Origin: an uncultured delta proteobacterium
GTDB lineage: Bacteria; Myxococcota_A; Polyangia; Polyangiales; Polyangiaceae
NCBI GenBank assembly: GCA_963850305.1
Contig: CAWKKR010000001.1
Span: 224,001 to 288,000 of the forward strand
Direction of reading: 5' to 3'
Length of the DNA stretch: 64,000 nucleotides
Positions 9,811 through 20,237 of this stretch are shown piece by piece (position 1 is the stretch's first letter; every line of letters begins with the position of its first letter). Both the position numbers and the translations under genes were made by a program. Below the pieces are notes generated by a model. It saw nothing but the letters and a program-made list of their open reading frames with translations. It had not been told where the DNA came from and searched no databases.

Positions 9811-11357
9811 GCGGCCTCCATTCGTTCGATATGCTCGAGTTCGCGGTCGACGAGCTGCTTCCAGGGGGATAGGTCGGCGTCACGGGCACCGCCGGCGGAG
9901 AAGCGCGCCGCGTCCGCGTCGAAGACCGGGCGGAGTCGCTGTACTTCATCCGGATCGAGTCGCGCCTCGAGCTCGCGGAGGGAGATGGCGCCGGGCTCCA
10001 GCTGCAAGCGCGCGCCGAGGCTGTGTTGAATCGCCGCTCGCGCCTCTGCAAAGAAAGCCGTGGCATCGCCGGTCGCTAGAGCCCGGTCCATCGCGGCGCG
10101 GTGTTCCAGCACCGCCCGCGCCGCACGTCGACGCCTCTGTCGCCGCGGGTCGTCGAAGAGCCGCTTTCGGCCCACGACGAGGAGCGCCGCCATGCCCACC
10201 GCCGCGCCGAGAGCGGCCTGCAGCTCCCAGAACCACCGCCGCGTGAAAACGGGTGCGAGCGTCGGCACAGGCGTGCCGATGGTATCGGCATTGGCTGCGA
10301 GAGTCGGCCCCGATGTCGCCTCGGGAACCGCTCCGTTCGACGTCGCCGCAGCGCCGGTGCCCGGCGCTACCTCGAGGGGGATCGGCGCCGAACTCGTCGT
10401 GACGTACTTGCCCGCGTCCGGATCGAAGTAGCTGAAGAACACCGGCGGGATCGCCGACACGCCCGCGCGGAGTGGCACGACGGGCTGGTGAAACGTCTTC
10501 TCTTCCTTGCCGTCAGTCGCGCTGGGCGTGTACGTCTTGAAGTCGGAAGACTCCGGGAGCCCGGCGACATTCACTCTGTCGAAGTTGCCTTCGCCCGTCA
10601 CCCGAATCGACAGACTGATGGGTTCGCCGGCGCGTAGCTTCATGGGATCTGCGCTGGCCGCGAGAGCGAAGTGCCCTACGGCACCGGTGAATCCAGCGGG
10701 AGCTCCCGCCGCAGGCAGCGCGTCCACCTCGAGGCTCACGCGCGGCGCGTGCAGCACGACCTCCCGGTGCTGAACGGGGCCCACTTCCGACTGGGTGAAC
10801 CGGTTCATCATTCGTTGCATCTGCTTTTGCATCTGCGCGAACGGGTCCCCTCCACCGAACAACGAATCGCCAAACGGGTCGGCACCGAATGGATCCTGCG
10901 CGGCCGAGTCATCGTCAGGAACCGGTGTCGGCACCGTCACGTCTTGCCACTCGAGCGTGCTCGGGAGGTCGATGCCGAGCGAGTATCGTCCCGCTTTCAC
11001 CGGCGAGAGACGGTCCTTCCAGGTGACGACGAGATACGGTTCGCCACCGATGAGCGTACGCCCCTGCGACGGCTCCCCCGCGCGCAGCGTGAAGTTGGAG
11101 TCGGTGAGCAGCGGGGACGCCGTGAGCGTCACCCCGGTCCCCCCTTCGAAGTACGCGCGAATCGTGACGGGGATGGATTGCCCGACGTACACCTTGCGCG
11201 CCGGTATCGCGAGTCGTACGAACGCGCGGCTCGCCTGATGTGGCGCGTCCTGCGTCGCTGCGTTCGCCGCTGCGCCGGTTGCGATGAGGGTGAGCGCAGC
11301 GACCACCGCGACTCGCGGCGCGGCGCCGAGGTGTCGGATTCGATGCGACGTGTTCAT
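9807..11357 (-). CDS. BatD-family protein
   Basis: YVGQ, GFTGAVGHF, GEGN and FSYFDP motifs, C-terminal TM; start MNTS at 11357, next to the upstream stop. Confidence 0.85.
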   Translation of the reverse strand: MNTSHRIRHLGAAPRVAVVAALTLIATGAAANAATQDAPHQASRAFVRLAIPARKVYVGQSIPVTIRAYFEGGTGVTLTASPLLTDSNFTLRAGEPSQGRTLIGGEPYLVVTWKDRLSPVKAGRYSLGIDLPSTLEWQDVTVPTPVPDDDSAAQDPFGADPFGDSLFGGGDPFAQMQKQMQRMMNRFTQSEVGPVQHREVVLHAPRVSLEVDALPAAGAPAGFTGAVGHFALAASADPMKLRAGEPISLSIRVTGEGNFDRVNVAGLPESSDFKTYTPSATDGKEEKTFHQPVVPLRAGVSAIPPVFFSYFDPDAGKYVTTSSAPIPLEVAPGTGAAATSNGAVPEATSGPTLAANADTIGTPVPTLAPVFTRRWFWELQAALGAAVGMAALLVVGRKRLFDDPRRQRRRRAARAVLEHRAAMDRALATGDATAFFAEARAAIQHSLGARLQLEPGAISLRELEARLDPDEVQRLRPVFDADAARFSAGGARDADLSPWKQLVDRELEHIERMEAA

Positions 11358-11358
11358 C

Positions 11359-13377
11359 TTACCAATCCTTCTCGGGTTGGACGTCGAGGGTACGCTTGTT
11401 GGTCGAGGGCGGCGCCAGTGGAGCGACGCGCAGGTCGCCGCGCAGCGAATCGAGGAGCGCACGGGCTTCGGCTTTCGAGAGATCGCCGGGACGCAAGGGC
11501 ATCTGCGTCTCGCTCGCATCGTCCGCCGGACTCCCTTTTGCCTGTATCGCTCCGGGCTGCGGAGTCCCTTGGGGGCCGGCACTCGGCGCCGGCTGGCGAG
11601 CATTGGCTGCCTGGCCATTCGCACCTTTGTTCTGGTTCGAGTCCGCAGGCTTCGACGCCGTTTCTTGCTTCGCCTTTCCGTCCTTGCCGTTCCGGTGGTC
11701 GTCTTGGGACGTGTTCCCATTCGACCCGTCCTTGGACTCGCTGGATTCGCCGCCTTCCGACTTATCGTTTTGGGACTGCCCGGACTTGCCGCTCTTCGAT
11801 TTCTCGTCCTTGGACGAGCTCTTCTGCGACTCCTTCTGTCGGTCTTCCTTCTGCTCGTCCCGCTTCTTCTCGAGCTCCGCCAGCCGGCGTTTCACGAAGT
11901 CGAGATTGTACTGGGCGTCCCCGTCTTTCGGGTTCAACCGCAACGCCGACCCATAGTTGGAGATCGAACGCTTCCAGGCCCCGATCGTGTCGTCGATCTT
12001 TCCGCTCGCCAGCGTGCGTTCCCCGCCTCGGTACAGGGCATCGCCGAGATTGTAGTACGCCTGCTGCTGCAGCTTCAGATCGGGAGTGCGGAGTGCGCTC
12101 TCGAACGACTTCGTTGCCGTGGCCAGATCGCCCGCCCGATAAGCCGCATCGCCGACATCGAAGGTGAGCTTGGGGTCGTCCGGTGCTGCCTTCGAAGCGC
12201 CGGCATAGTCGGCCTCCGCAGCCGCGAACTGGCCGTGCCGATAGGCGCGCTCCGCGCTCTGGGGTGACGCATGCGCCAGAGGGACGTACAGAATCATCGC
12301 CGCTGCAGCGGAGGCGGCCACGGCTCGCGTCACCTTGGCCGGGGACGGCGCGATCGTTCTCTCGGAGCGCGGAGCGCGGCTCCGCCGACGCTCGCCGATG
12401 AGAGGCTCGAGGCCGAGCAGCAGCAGAGCAAGGCCCAGCGGCCACTGGTATCGCTCGATCGGTACCCGTTGGCTTCGCGACGAGAGGTCCGACAGCGGCA
12501 GGCGAGCGAGCTCTTCGCGATACAGCGACGCAAGGCCCTGCCCGTTGTCGCCTAGCGGACGATAGCTTCCGCCCGTCACGGTCGCGATGTGTCGAAGCAA
12601 CGATTCATCCAGTTTCGACGTGACGAACTCCCCGTTCGCATCCTTGACGAACGCCGTTTGACCGTCGGCCGTGCGGAGCGGGATCAGCTCGCCATGGGGT
12701 GTGCCGACTCCGACCGTGTACACGACCATGCCCGCCTTGGCCGCCCTCTCGGCCGCACTGACCGCGTCGCCGGAGAGCGCTTCACCGTCGGTCAGCAGTA
12801 CGAGGATCTTCTTGTGCTGCTCGCCGCCGAGAGCCTTGCTGGCGACGTCGAGCGCACTCGCCACGTTCGTGCCTCCGAGCGGGATCACGTTGGTGTCGAG
12901 TCCTTCGAGCGATTGTTCGAAGATCCCGTGATCGAGCGTGAGGGGCGTCTCGAGAAATGCTGTCCCCGCAAAGGCGACCAGGCCGACCCTGTCGTCCGGA
13001 AAATGCTGGACCAGGTCGCGCACGGCCAGCTTCGCTCGCTCGAGCCGGTCGGGCTTGACGTCGGGCGTTAGCATGCTCTTCGACGCATCGACCGCAAACA
13101 GGACGTCGACCCCGCGCCGGTGCGCCTCTTCCCATCGATACCCTAGGCGCGGTCGCGCGAGCGCGACGGCAAAGAACATCATGCCGGCGACGATCATCGT
13201 CTCCTTCGCGCGGCGTCGCACGCGTGACACCGACGCCGTGAGAAGCGCTGCGAGGTGTGGAGTCGCCAGCTGCTCCAGCGCGCGCCGTCGAGCGACACCG
13301 AGGTGCACTATGAGCGCGACCAGTGTCGCGCCGAGCACGACGGCGATGACCAGAAAAATGGGATGACCGAACTGCAT
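11359..13377 (-). CDS. BatB/BatC-like VWA + TPR protein
   Basis: MIDAS DASKS, PDRLERAK, LLTDGE, TPR (YYNLG), charged linker, C-terminal EKDW. Confidence 0.9.
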   Translation of the reverse strand: MQFGHPIFLVIAVVLGATLVALIVHLGVARRRALEQLATPHLAALLTASVSRVRRRAKETMIVAGMMFFAVALARPRLGYRWEEAHRRGVDVLFAVDASKSMLTPDVKPDRLERAKLAVRDLVQHFPDDRVGLVAFAGTAFLETPLTLDHGIFEQSLEGLDTNVIPLGGTNVASALDVASKALGGEQHKKILVLLTDGEALSGDAVSAAERAAKAGMVVYTVGVGTPHGELIPLRTADGQTAFVKDANGEFVTSKLDESLLRHIATVTGGSYRPLGDNGQGLASLYREELARLPLSDLSSRSQRVPIERYQWPLGLALLLLGLEPLIGERRRSRAPRSERTIAPSPAKVTRAVAASAAAAMILYVPLAHASPQSAERAYRHGQFAAAEADYAGASKAAPDDPKLTFDVGDAAYRAGDLATATKSFESALRTPDLKLQQQAYYNLGDALYRGGERTLASGKIDDTIGAWKRSISNYGSALRLNPKDGDAQYNLDFVKRRLAELEKKRDEQKEDRQKESQKSSSKDEKSKSGKSGQSQNDKSEGGESSESKDGSNGNTSQDDHRNGKDGKAKQETASKPADSNQNKGANGQAANARQPAPSAGPQGTPQPGAIQAKGSPADDASETQMPLRPGDLSKAEARALLDSLRGDLRVAPLAPPSTNKRTLDVQPEKDW

Positions 13378-13386
13378 GGGTTTTTC

Positions 13387-14385
13387 TCACGGAATGCGAC
13401 GAAACCGGGTCAGGCCGAGGCCGAGTTCGAGCGACAGCAGACAGAGCGCCGGGAATGCTGCCCACGAAAAGCGCTCCTCGTGCGTCTCGTAATGGCTCAC
13501 GCGATGGGTCGTCTTCTCCATGCCGTCGATCGCGGCGTAGATCTGCTTGAGGGAGTCGGTGTCCGTCGCCCGAAAGAAGCGCCCTCCCGTGGCATCCGCG
13601 ATGTGTTTGAGCGTGGCTTCATCCACATCGACCTTCGTCATCACGGTCCGGGTGGTTCCGTCCTTCTCGACCACCGGCATCGGGGCTTCTCCGCGCGACC
13701 CCACTCCGATCGTGTAGACGCGCACCCCGAGTGCCTTGGCGGCGGCGGCGGCGAGCTCGGGCTGGACGCTTCCGGCGTTGTTCACGCCGTCGGTGAGGAG
13801 AACCAGTACCTTCGACTTCGCGGGCTGGTCACGAAGGCGGTTCACCGAGGCGCCGACGGCGGACCCGATCGCCGTCCCGTCCTCGATGGACCCGATTCTT
13901 ACGCGGTCTAGGTTCTCGAGAAGATAGTCGTGGTCGAGAGTCAACGGGCTGACCAGGTAGGGGCGACCAGCGAAGGCGACCATCCCGATTCGATCGTTGG
14001 GACGGTTTTCGATGAACTTCGAGACGACGGACTTGACGATCGTCAGGCGGTCGACGGCGGCATCATGCTCGCGAAAGTCCAGCGAACTCATCGAACCGGA
14101 TACGTCCAGCGCCAGCATCAGGTCGATGCCGCTCGCTTCCGCGGTCGAGTGCGCGTGCTGGATCTGGGGACGTGCGAGGGCAAGGATGCCGAGCGCCAGG
14201 GCGGGACCTCTGGCAAGTGCCAGAAATCGCCCCCAGCGACTCTTCACCTGCTGCGACGCCGCGCGCGCCGTCGTCGTGCTGGAGAACCCCAGCGCGGGAG
14301 CCCTGCCCGAGCGTCCGCGCCACAGATAAAAGACGGGCACGAGCGCGAGGAGCCAGAGAAAGGCGGGTGACGCGAAATGGATCAT
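13387..14385 (-). CDS. BatA-like VWA domain protein
   Basis: Start MIHFASP; DVSGSM, GTAIG, LLTDGVNNAG, GGRFFRATD. Confidence 0.9.
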   Translation of the reverse strand: MIHFASPAFLWLLALVPVFYLWRGRSGRAPALGFSSTTTARAASQQVKSRWGRFLALARGPALALGILALARPQIQHAHSTAEASGIDLMLALDVSGSMSSLDFREHDAAVDRLTIVKSVVSKFIENRPNDRIGMVAFAGRPYLVSPLTLDHDYLLENLDRVRIGSIEDGTAIGSAVGASVNRLRDQPAKSKVLVLLTDGVNNAGSVQPELAAAAAKALGVRVYTIGVGSRGEAPMPVVEKDGTTRTVMTKVDVDEATLKHIADATGGRFFRATDTDSLKQIYAAIDGMEKTTHRVSHYETHEERFSWAAFPALCLLSLELGLGLTRFRRIP

Positions 14386-14936
14386 GCTCGGATCTCCTGG
14401 GTCGTAGATGGAGCCGCCGCGACGACGGCACGGCGAGGAGCCTGGGCAGACTCGGTCGCCGTGGTTTCGACGAAACGGCGGGCCGCGTCGACGATGGCCG
14501 TCGCGTGGCCAGCGCTCAGGGCGAGGCGCGCAAACTTGGCGAGATCGCACCACGACAGGAAGTCCGAGAGCGCGTCGCGATGCACCACGATGGGGCTCGC
14601 GGCAAGGTCGAGGAGATCGTGCAAGAACTCCTCCGTCGTGCGGTGTGCGGCCCTGAGCGAGAAGCGCGCTTCGATGTACGCGCGCACCGCGTCGGAAACC
14701 TCGGAGGAGAATTCCGAAGACGTGCTGGTCGCGAGCATCGCGCGCGCGCGCTCGATCCGCTCGAGTGCAATTTCGGCCGCGGTCTTTTCTCGGACGCGCC
14801 GGTACCGCCGAGCGAGCCGATAGACGCCATAGGCGAGCGCGATCGACAGAGCTGCGGCAACACCAATCGCCAGAGGAATCCACCAGTACGGGATGGAGAT
14901 CGGTCCGCGAATGTCGTGAATGTCGCCGGGGGTCAC
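14382..14936 (-). CDS. DUF4381-like membrane protein of MoxR/Bat operons
   Basis: DIHDIRGP, one TM segment, TTEEFL, DLAKFAR; operon position. Confidence 0.7.
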   Translation of the reverse strand: MTPGDIHDIRGPISIPYWWIPLAIGVAAALSIALAYGVYRLARRYRRVREKTAAEIALERIERARAMLATSTSSEFSSEVSDAVRAYIEARFSLRAAHRTTEEFLHDLLDLAASPIVVHRDALSDFLSWCDLAKFARLALSAGHATAIVDAARRFVETTATESAQAPRRAVVAAAPSTTQEIRA

Positions 14937-15853
14937 TGGAGCCTCTTTTCACGACTCCGAAAGAACCCGAGCAGCGCGGGAACGTACGGCCGGGCGGTGT
15001 CGATCTCGAGGCAGTCGACGCCCTCTCGCCGAAGGGTTCGGACCGTCTGGACGCGCCGCTCCTCGGCGAGCTTCTCGTAACGCTCCCTGACGCGCCGATT
15101 GCCGGTATCGAGCTGGACCAGCGCCCCGGTCTCGGCATCCTCGAGCGTCAGCATGCCGACGTTCGGAAGACGCATCTCTCGGGGGTCGAACAGATGGAGC
15201 GCAATGAGATCGTGCCGCCGATGCGTGATCCGGATGGCCTCGCGGAACCCGGGGACATCCACCAGTGAGCCTTCGGGCGACAGGAAGTCGCTGATCAGGA
15301 ACACGACCGCCCGGCCCCGCGTCAGAGTGTTCATGTACCGGAGCGCTCGCGCGATGTCGGTCCCCCGCTGCCGAGGCTCTGCGCCGAGCACCTCGCGCAC
15401 CACGCGCAGCACGTGTGCTCGGCCCTTCCTTGGAGGCACGTAGGTCTCCACCGTGTCGCTGAACAACAGGAGACCGACCTTGTCGTTGTTGCGCGTCGCC
15501 GACAGCGTCAGGACACTCGCGAGCTCGGCGGCGAGCTCACGCTTGCTCTTCGCCGCCGACCCGAAGTCGAACGAGCCGCTCACGTCGACGAGCAAGAGGA
15601 TCGTCAGCTCGCGTTCCTCACGGAATTTCTTGACGAACGGATGCCCCGCACGCGCCGTGACGTTCCAGTCGATCGAGCGGACCTCGTCCCCCGGGACGTA
15701 TTCGCGTACCTCGTCGAAGTCGAGCCCGCGTCCGCGGAAGACCGAGTGATAGTGCCCGGCGAGCGCGTCGTTCACCACCCGACGCGTTCGGATCTCGATC
15801 TGGCGCACCTTTCCCACCATTTCCCGCATTTGCGTCGGATTCATGGTCGTCAT
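14933..15853 (-). CDS. DUF58 domain protein
   Basis: GLDFDEVREYVPGDEVRSIDWNVTAR, EERE, LISDF. Confidence 0.95.
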   Translation of the reverse strand: MTTMNPTQMREMVGKVRQIEIRTRRVVNDALAGHYHSVFRGRGLDFDEVREYVPGDEVRSIDWNVTARAGHPFVKKFREERELTILLLVDVSGSFDFGSAAKSKRELAAELASVLTLSATRNNDKVGLLLFSDTVETYVPPRKGRAHVLRVVREVLGAEPRQRGTDIARALRYMNTLTRGRAVVFLISDFLSPEGSLVDVPGFREAIRITHRRHDLIALHLFDPREMRLPNVGMLTLEDAETGALVQLDTGNRRVRERYEKLAEERRVQTVRTLRREGVDCLEIDTARPYVPALLGFFRSREKRLQ

Positions 15854-15863
15854 CTCCGACTGC

Positions 15864-16947
15864 TCAGGGCACCGGGAGGGTCTCGAGGATTTGCTGGATG
15901 AGTCGTTCGGACGTGACGCCTTCCGCTTCCGCCTCGTACGTCACGGCCAGACGGTGGCGCAGCACATCGGGCGCGAGCGATTTGATGTCGAGGGGCGTGA
16001 CGTATCCACGGCCCTGCAAGAAGGCCCACGCCTTCGAGGCGAGCGTGAGATTGATGGTTGCGCGCGGCGACGCGCCGTATCGAATGTAGGGCCCGATCGA
16101 GAGCCCATAGGCTTCCGGTTTGCGTGTGGCTCCGACCAGGTCGACGACGTAGTCCTTCACTCGGTCGTCGACATACACCCTGTTCACCACGCGCCGCGCT
16201 TCCGCGATCTCGTCGACGCCGACGATTTGCCGTACGTCGAGCGACGGCTCGCTCGTGGCCATCGCATCGAGGATCGCCCGCTCCTCGGTGCGATTCGGAT
16301 ACTCGATGACGAGCTTCATCATGAAACGGTCGACCTGCGCTTCGGGCAAGGGATACGTTCCTTCCTGCTCGAGGGGATTTTGCGTCGCCATCACGAGAAA
16401 CGGCTCGGGCAGACGATAGGTGCCGTCTCCGAGCGTTACCTGGCGCTCCTGCATCGCTTCGAGGAGCGCGCTCTGCACCTTGGCGGGTGCGCGGTTGATT
16501 CTCGTCTGCCAGGACGAGATTCGAGAAGACCGGGCCGCGTTTCGTGAGAAAGTTGCCGTCGCGTGGGTTGTAAATGAGGGTGCCGACGATGTCGGCGGGC
16601 AGCATGTCCGGCGTGAATTGCAAACGGCGGAAGTCGGCCTTCAGCGCGCCGGCAAGCGTCTTGAGCGCCAGCGTCTTCGCAAGCCCCGGGACGCCCTCGA
16701 GGAGCAGGTGCCCGTTACTCAGAAGACCCACGAGCAGCCGCTCGACGAGATACCGCTGGCCAACGATGACCCGGGCGATCTCCTGCTTGAGCGGGGAGAC
16801 CCAGGCGGAGTGCCGCGCGACCTCGTCCTCGATCGCCTGGATTGTTGGATGAGCCGCGCGCGCCGGACCCGGCGACCGCGACCTCTGCGGCGACGAACCC
16901 TCCTGCGGAACGGGTTCTGGAATGGGCTCTGAGGCAAATTGTTGCAT
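15864..16947 (-). CDS. moxR: MoxR-family AAA+ ATPase (one extra base at about 16499)
   Basis: EGVPGLAKT, QFTPDMLP, then ADE[INR]APAKVQSALLE and ATQNPLEQEGTYPLPEAQ split over two ORFs; span is 3n+1. Confidence 0.9.
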
Positions 16948-17011
16948 GGGTCGGTCCTCGCGTTTTCGGGCTCCTCGAGTGGAGACCCAGGCGAGAATGA
17001 CCGCCGCGAAC

Positions 17012-17027
17012 TGCCGTAGCCTTGCCA
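17012..17027 (-). promoter_or_regulatory. Weak sigma54-like -24/-12 element upstream of moxR
   Basis: TGGCAAGGCTACGGCA keeps GG-N10-GC but lacks the TT. Confidence 0.3.
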
Positions 17028-17112
17028 GAGCATTACAAGGATGAAAGGTTCTCGCATCGGGGCGGCGACCCGCCTTGGCGCCTACCCTGGACGAGTGGCG
17101 GAGAGATGGGGC

Positions 17113-20100
17113 TCAACCGTCGGGCAGCACATGCTCGGCGAGACGCGCGGGACCGAGCGCTGCGCGCGCAAGCTCGACGAGTCGAGCGTGATGCGTGAAG
17201 AAAAGAACCTGTGTGGTCCGCGCGACTTCACCGAGAACCTGCAGGGCGGCGCTGGCCCGCTCGTCATCGGAATGGATGAGCACATCGTCCAGCACGAGGG
17301 GCATCGGCTCGTTGGCTCGCGCGTAGCGCTCGAGGCTCGCCAGGCGGAGCGCGAGATAGAGCTGATCGCGGGTTCCGTCGCTGAGCTCCGGGGCGCTCGC
17401 CGTGCCTCCGTCGGACCTCACCGCGAGCAGCACCGGCGTGCCGTCGGCCCCGGCCCCCACGCGCAAACCCGAGTACCGCCCCACGGTCAGGCGTGGGAAC
17501 AGCTCGTTGGCCCGAGCGACGATCGGGCCTTGATTTGCTTCGCGGTAGCGCTCGATTTCCTGTCCAGAACGGCTGATGCGAGTCGCAGACGCGCATACCG
17601 GTGGACGTGACGCTTCAGCGCAGCCACGCGATCCGCGAGGACGGCTGCGGCCTCGGTCGCGTCGGTGTGCTCCATGCTGTGCATCCCGTGCTCCAGGTGT
17701 CCGACGTCCTGGCCGGCAACGCCCATCTGGTCGTTGAGTTCTTCGAGCTCGCCCTCGATCTCGCGCAACCGTGCGCGAGAGAAGTCCAGATCCCGGCCCA
17801 TCGTCTGGGCCTCGAGCTCTGCGAGTGTGGCACCGTCGCCCGCTCCGATGATCTCGGCGTCCACGCCTCGCAGCTGCTCCCGCAGGGAACGCGCTTCACT
17901 CGAGCGGCGCTCCGCATCTTCGAGCTGGCTCGGGTTCTCCACCTTTGCGAGATGGACGTGCGCCGAAAGTCGTGCCTTGGCGTCCTGCTGACGCTCGGCT
18001 TGCTCGACCCACGCTCTTGAGATCGAGGCAATCTCTCGGTCGAGCCGGGCTCGTTCGCGTTTCATGGCGCGCGCCTCCTCGGCGGCGCGGACGAACCGGT
18101 CGGCGGCTTCCGCCGGCGAGAGGCGGTCTGCGGGCGGCAGATACTTCCGCGTGCAAGCCGCGACCTCGCTCGCGAAAGCCTCTGAATCTCGCTCGATCCC
18201 GTCGAGGCGCCGGCGCAATCCTTCCACCTCCTCGACCTGTCGAACGAGCTGCGTCATCGCATCGAGAACGGCAAAGGCCTCTTCTTCGGTGGGTTCCCCT
18301 GCGAGCCCGAGGACCTGAACCGCGTCGCGCCACGAGGCCTGCCACGCCTGCAGGTCCGCTCGCGCGGTTGCCATGTCACCCTCGAGCCGTTCGAGTTCGG
18401 GCTCGAGGGCCCAGAGCGCCTCGAGATCGCCAGCCCAACCTCTCATCTCAGCGGGCGGGCGAGGCTCCACTCCGAATTCCACGAACGCCGCGCACCAGTC
18501 GCGATCGAGCGCCGCCAGCCTGCTCCGTACGCTCGCGAGGGACGTCTCGCCATCTCGGAGCTCCGAGGCCAGCGCCGCTTTCTCCGCCTCCAGCGTCGAC
18601 CACAAGGCCACTCGATCCGCCTCGCGCCGCAGACGGTCCGCGAGCGTGTCGGCGGCGACCACGAGCGAAGCGCAGGCGTCGAGGAGGGACGGCAAGCGCT
18701 CGCTCTCGTCGGACGCTGCCGTTCGTAGCTCGAGAAACTCCCGATCCCGACGCAAGCGAGACGCCTGGAGCTCCATCTCCGTAGGGACTTCTCCGAGCCG
18801 TCGAAGCGCATCCAGCCGCTTCTCCACGTCGCGGCTCTGCTGGAGGACACGACGCCTCTCGCGTAGCGTCTGCTCCAGTTCACCATCGAGCGCCGCGCGT
18901 CGCGTCGCGAAGTGGTCGACCCTCTGCACCGTCGGCAGGGCCGACGCCTTCCCCGCGATAACCGCCGACGCCCGCTCGCGGGCGTCGGCGGGGACGGGAC
19001 CGATGAGCCGATTCGTGAGCTCCATTCGGCGGGTGCGGACGGCTTCGAGCTGTCGGCGAACGTTCTCGAGCGCCTGCTCGAGGCGCTGCCTCCTCGCGGC
19101 GAGTGTGCGGAGACGGGCATTCGCTGCGACGGAAAGGTGCAACCCGGAAACGTCCGAGACGGCTCCTATACTGGTCAGGCTGCGGCGCACGGAAGCTTCG
19201 ATCGCAGTCGCCTTCGCCTCGAGCTTGGGCCGATCGAGCTCGGCGGAAAGATACCGCCCGCGACGGGCCCGCAGATTGATCAGCAACGACTCATCCACGT
19301 CGAGCAGCGCCTCGTTCACGACGACGGCCGCAGCCATGGCGCGCGTCTCGTTCTCCTGCTCTGCGAGCCGCGCGCCTTCGCGGCGAGCGTCCGCGAGCTC
19401 ACGCTCCGCCTGAACACGCCGCGCGGCGGCATCCGGCGGCAGGTCCGCGACCTCCCCGAGCGCCTCCAGACGCCCGAGCAAGACCGCTCGCCGCCGAAGC
19501 CCTGGAAGCGCCGTCACGACGCGCGTCAGTTCCGCCTGTTCGGTGGCGAGCGCCGTCCGGCGAGCGCGGAGAGTCTCTTTGCGGCGGATGGCGGCCTCCA
19601 GCGCGCGTTGCTGTTCGAGATACTTCGTGGGACTCGTCGCCGCCTGCCGAACCGCGTCGCGGGCCTCCTTCACAGACACGATCGCCCGCGATATCTTGCG
19701 CTCCCGGGCTCTCGGCGTGAAAAGCTCGCACGCCTCGCGCGCAAGCGCCGCCGACAGCTCGTGAACGCCGCGACCGCCGACGCCCGCCGCAAACAGGCTC
19801 TCACCGACATTTCCTTCGCCGGCAAGCAGCGCCTGGGCGCTCGCTCGGAGCCGCTCGTGGTCCAGCCCGAAGAGCCCTTCGAACAGCTCTTCGGTCGCGC
19901 CGAGCAGGAGCTTCGACAGCACGCTTTCGTCGAACGCCGTGTCGTCGGCGGCGCGTAGGGTGTTCTTCCTTCCCCTGCGTCGCACGACCTCGAGGCGTTC
20001 GCCCGCCGCGGTCTCGAGCACCGCTCCGATGCGGAGCTCTGCAGGCGCATGACGATGCGCATCGCGGGTCCGTTCGGGGATACCGAACAGCAGTCCCGAA

Positions 20101-20237
20101 ACGGCGCGAAGCGTCGTGCTCTTGCCGGCTTCATTCCGCCCGTACACGAGCTCGACGACGCCCGGCGGCGAACCGAATTCGAGACGCGCTCCGGAGAATG
20201 GTCCGAACGCGATGAGGTCGAGCCGGACGATCCTCAC
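17113..20237 (-). CDS. YhaN/AAA_27-type SMC-like ATPase (one base missing at about 17557)
   Basis: YGRNEAGKST, long coiled coil; second ORF carries LSDGTRDQLYLALRLA, LVLDD and FFTHH; span is 3n+2. Confidence 0.88.
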
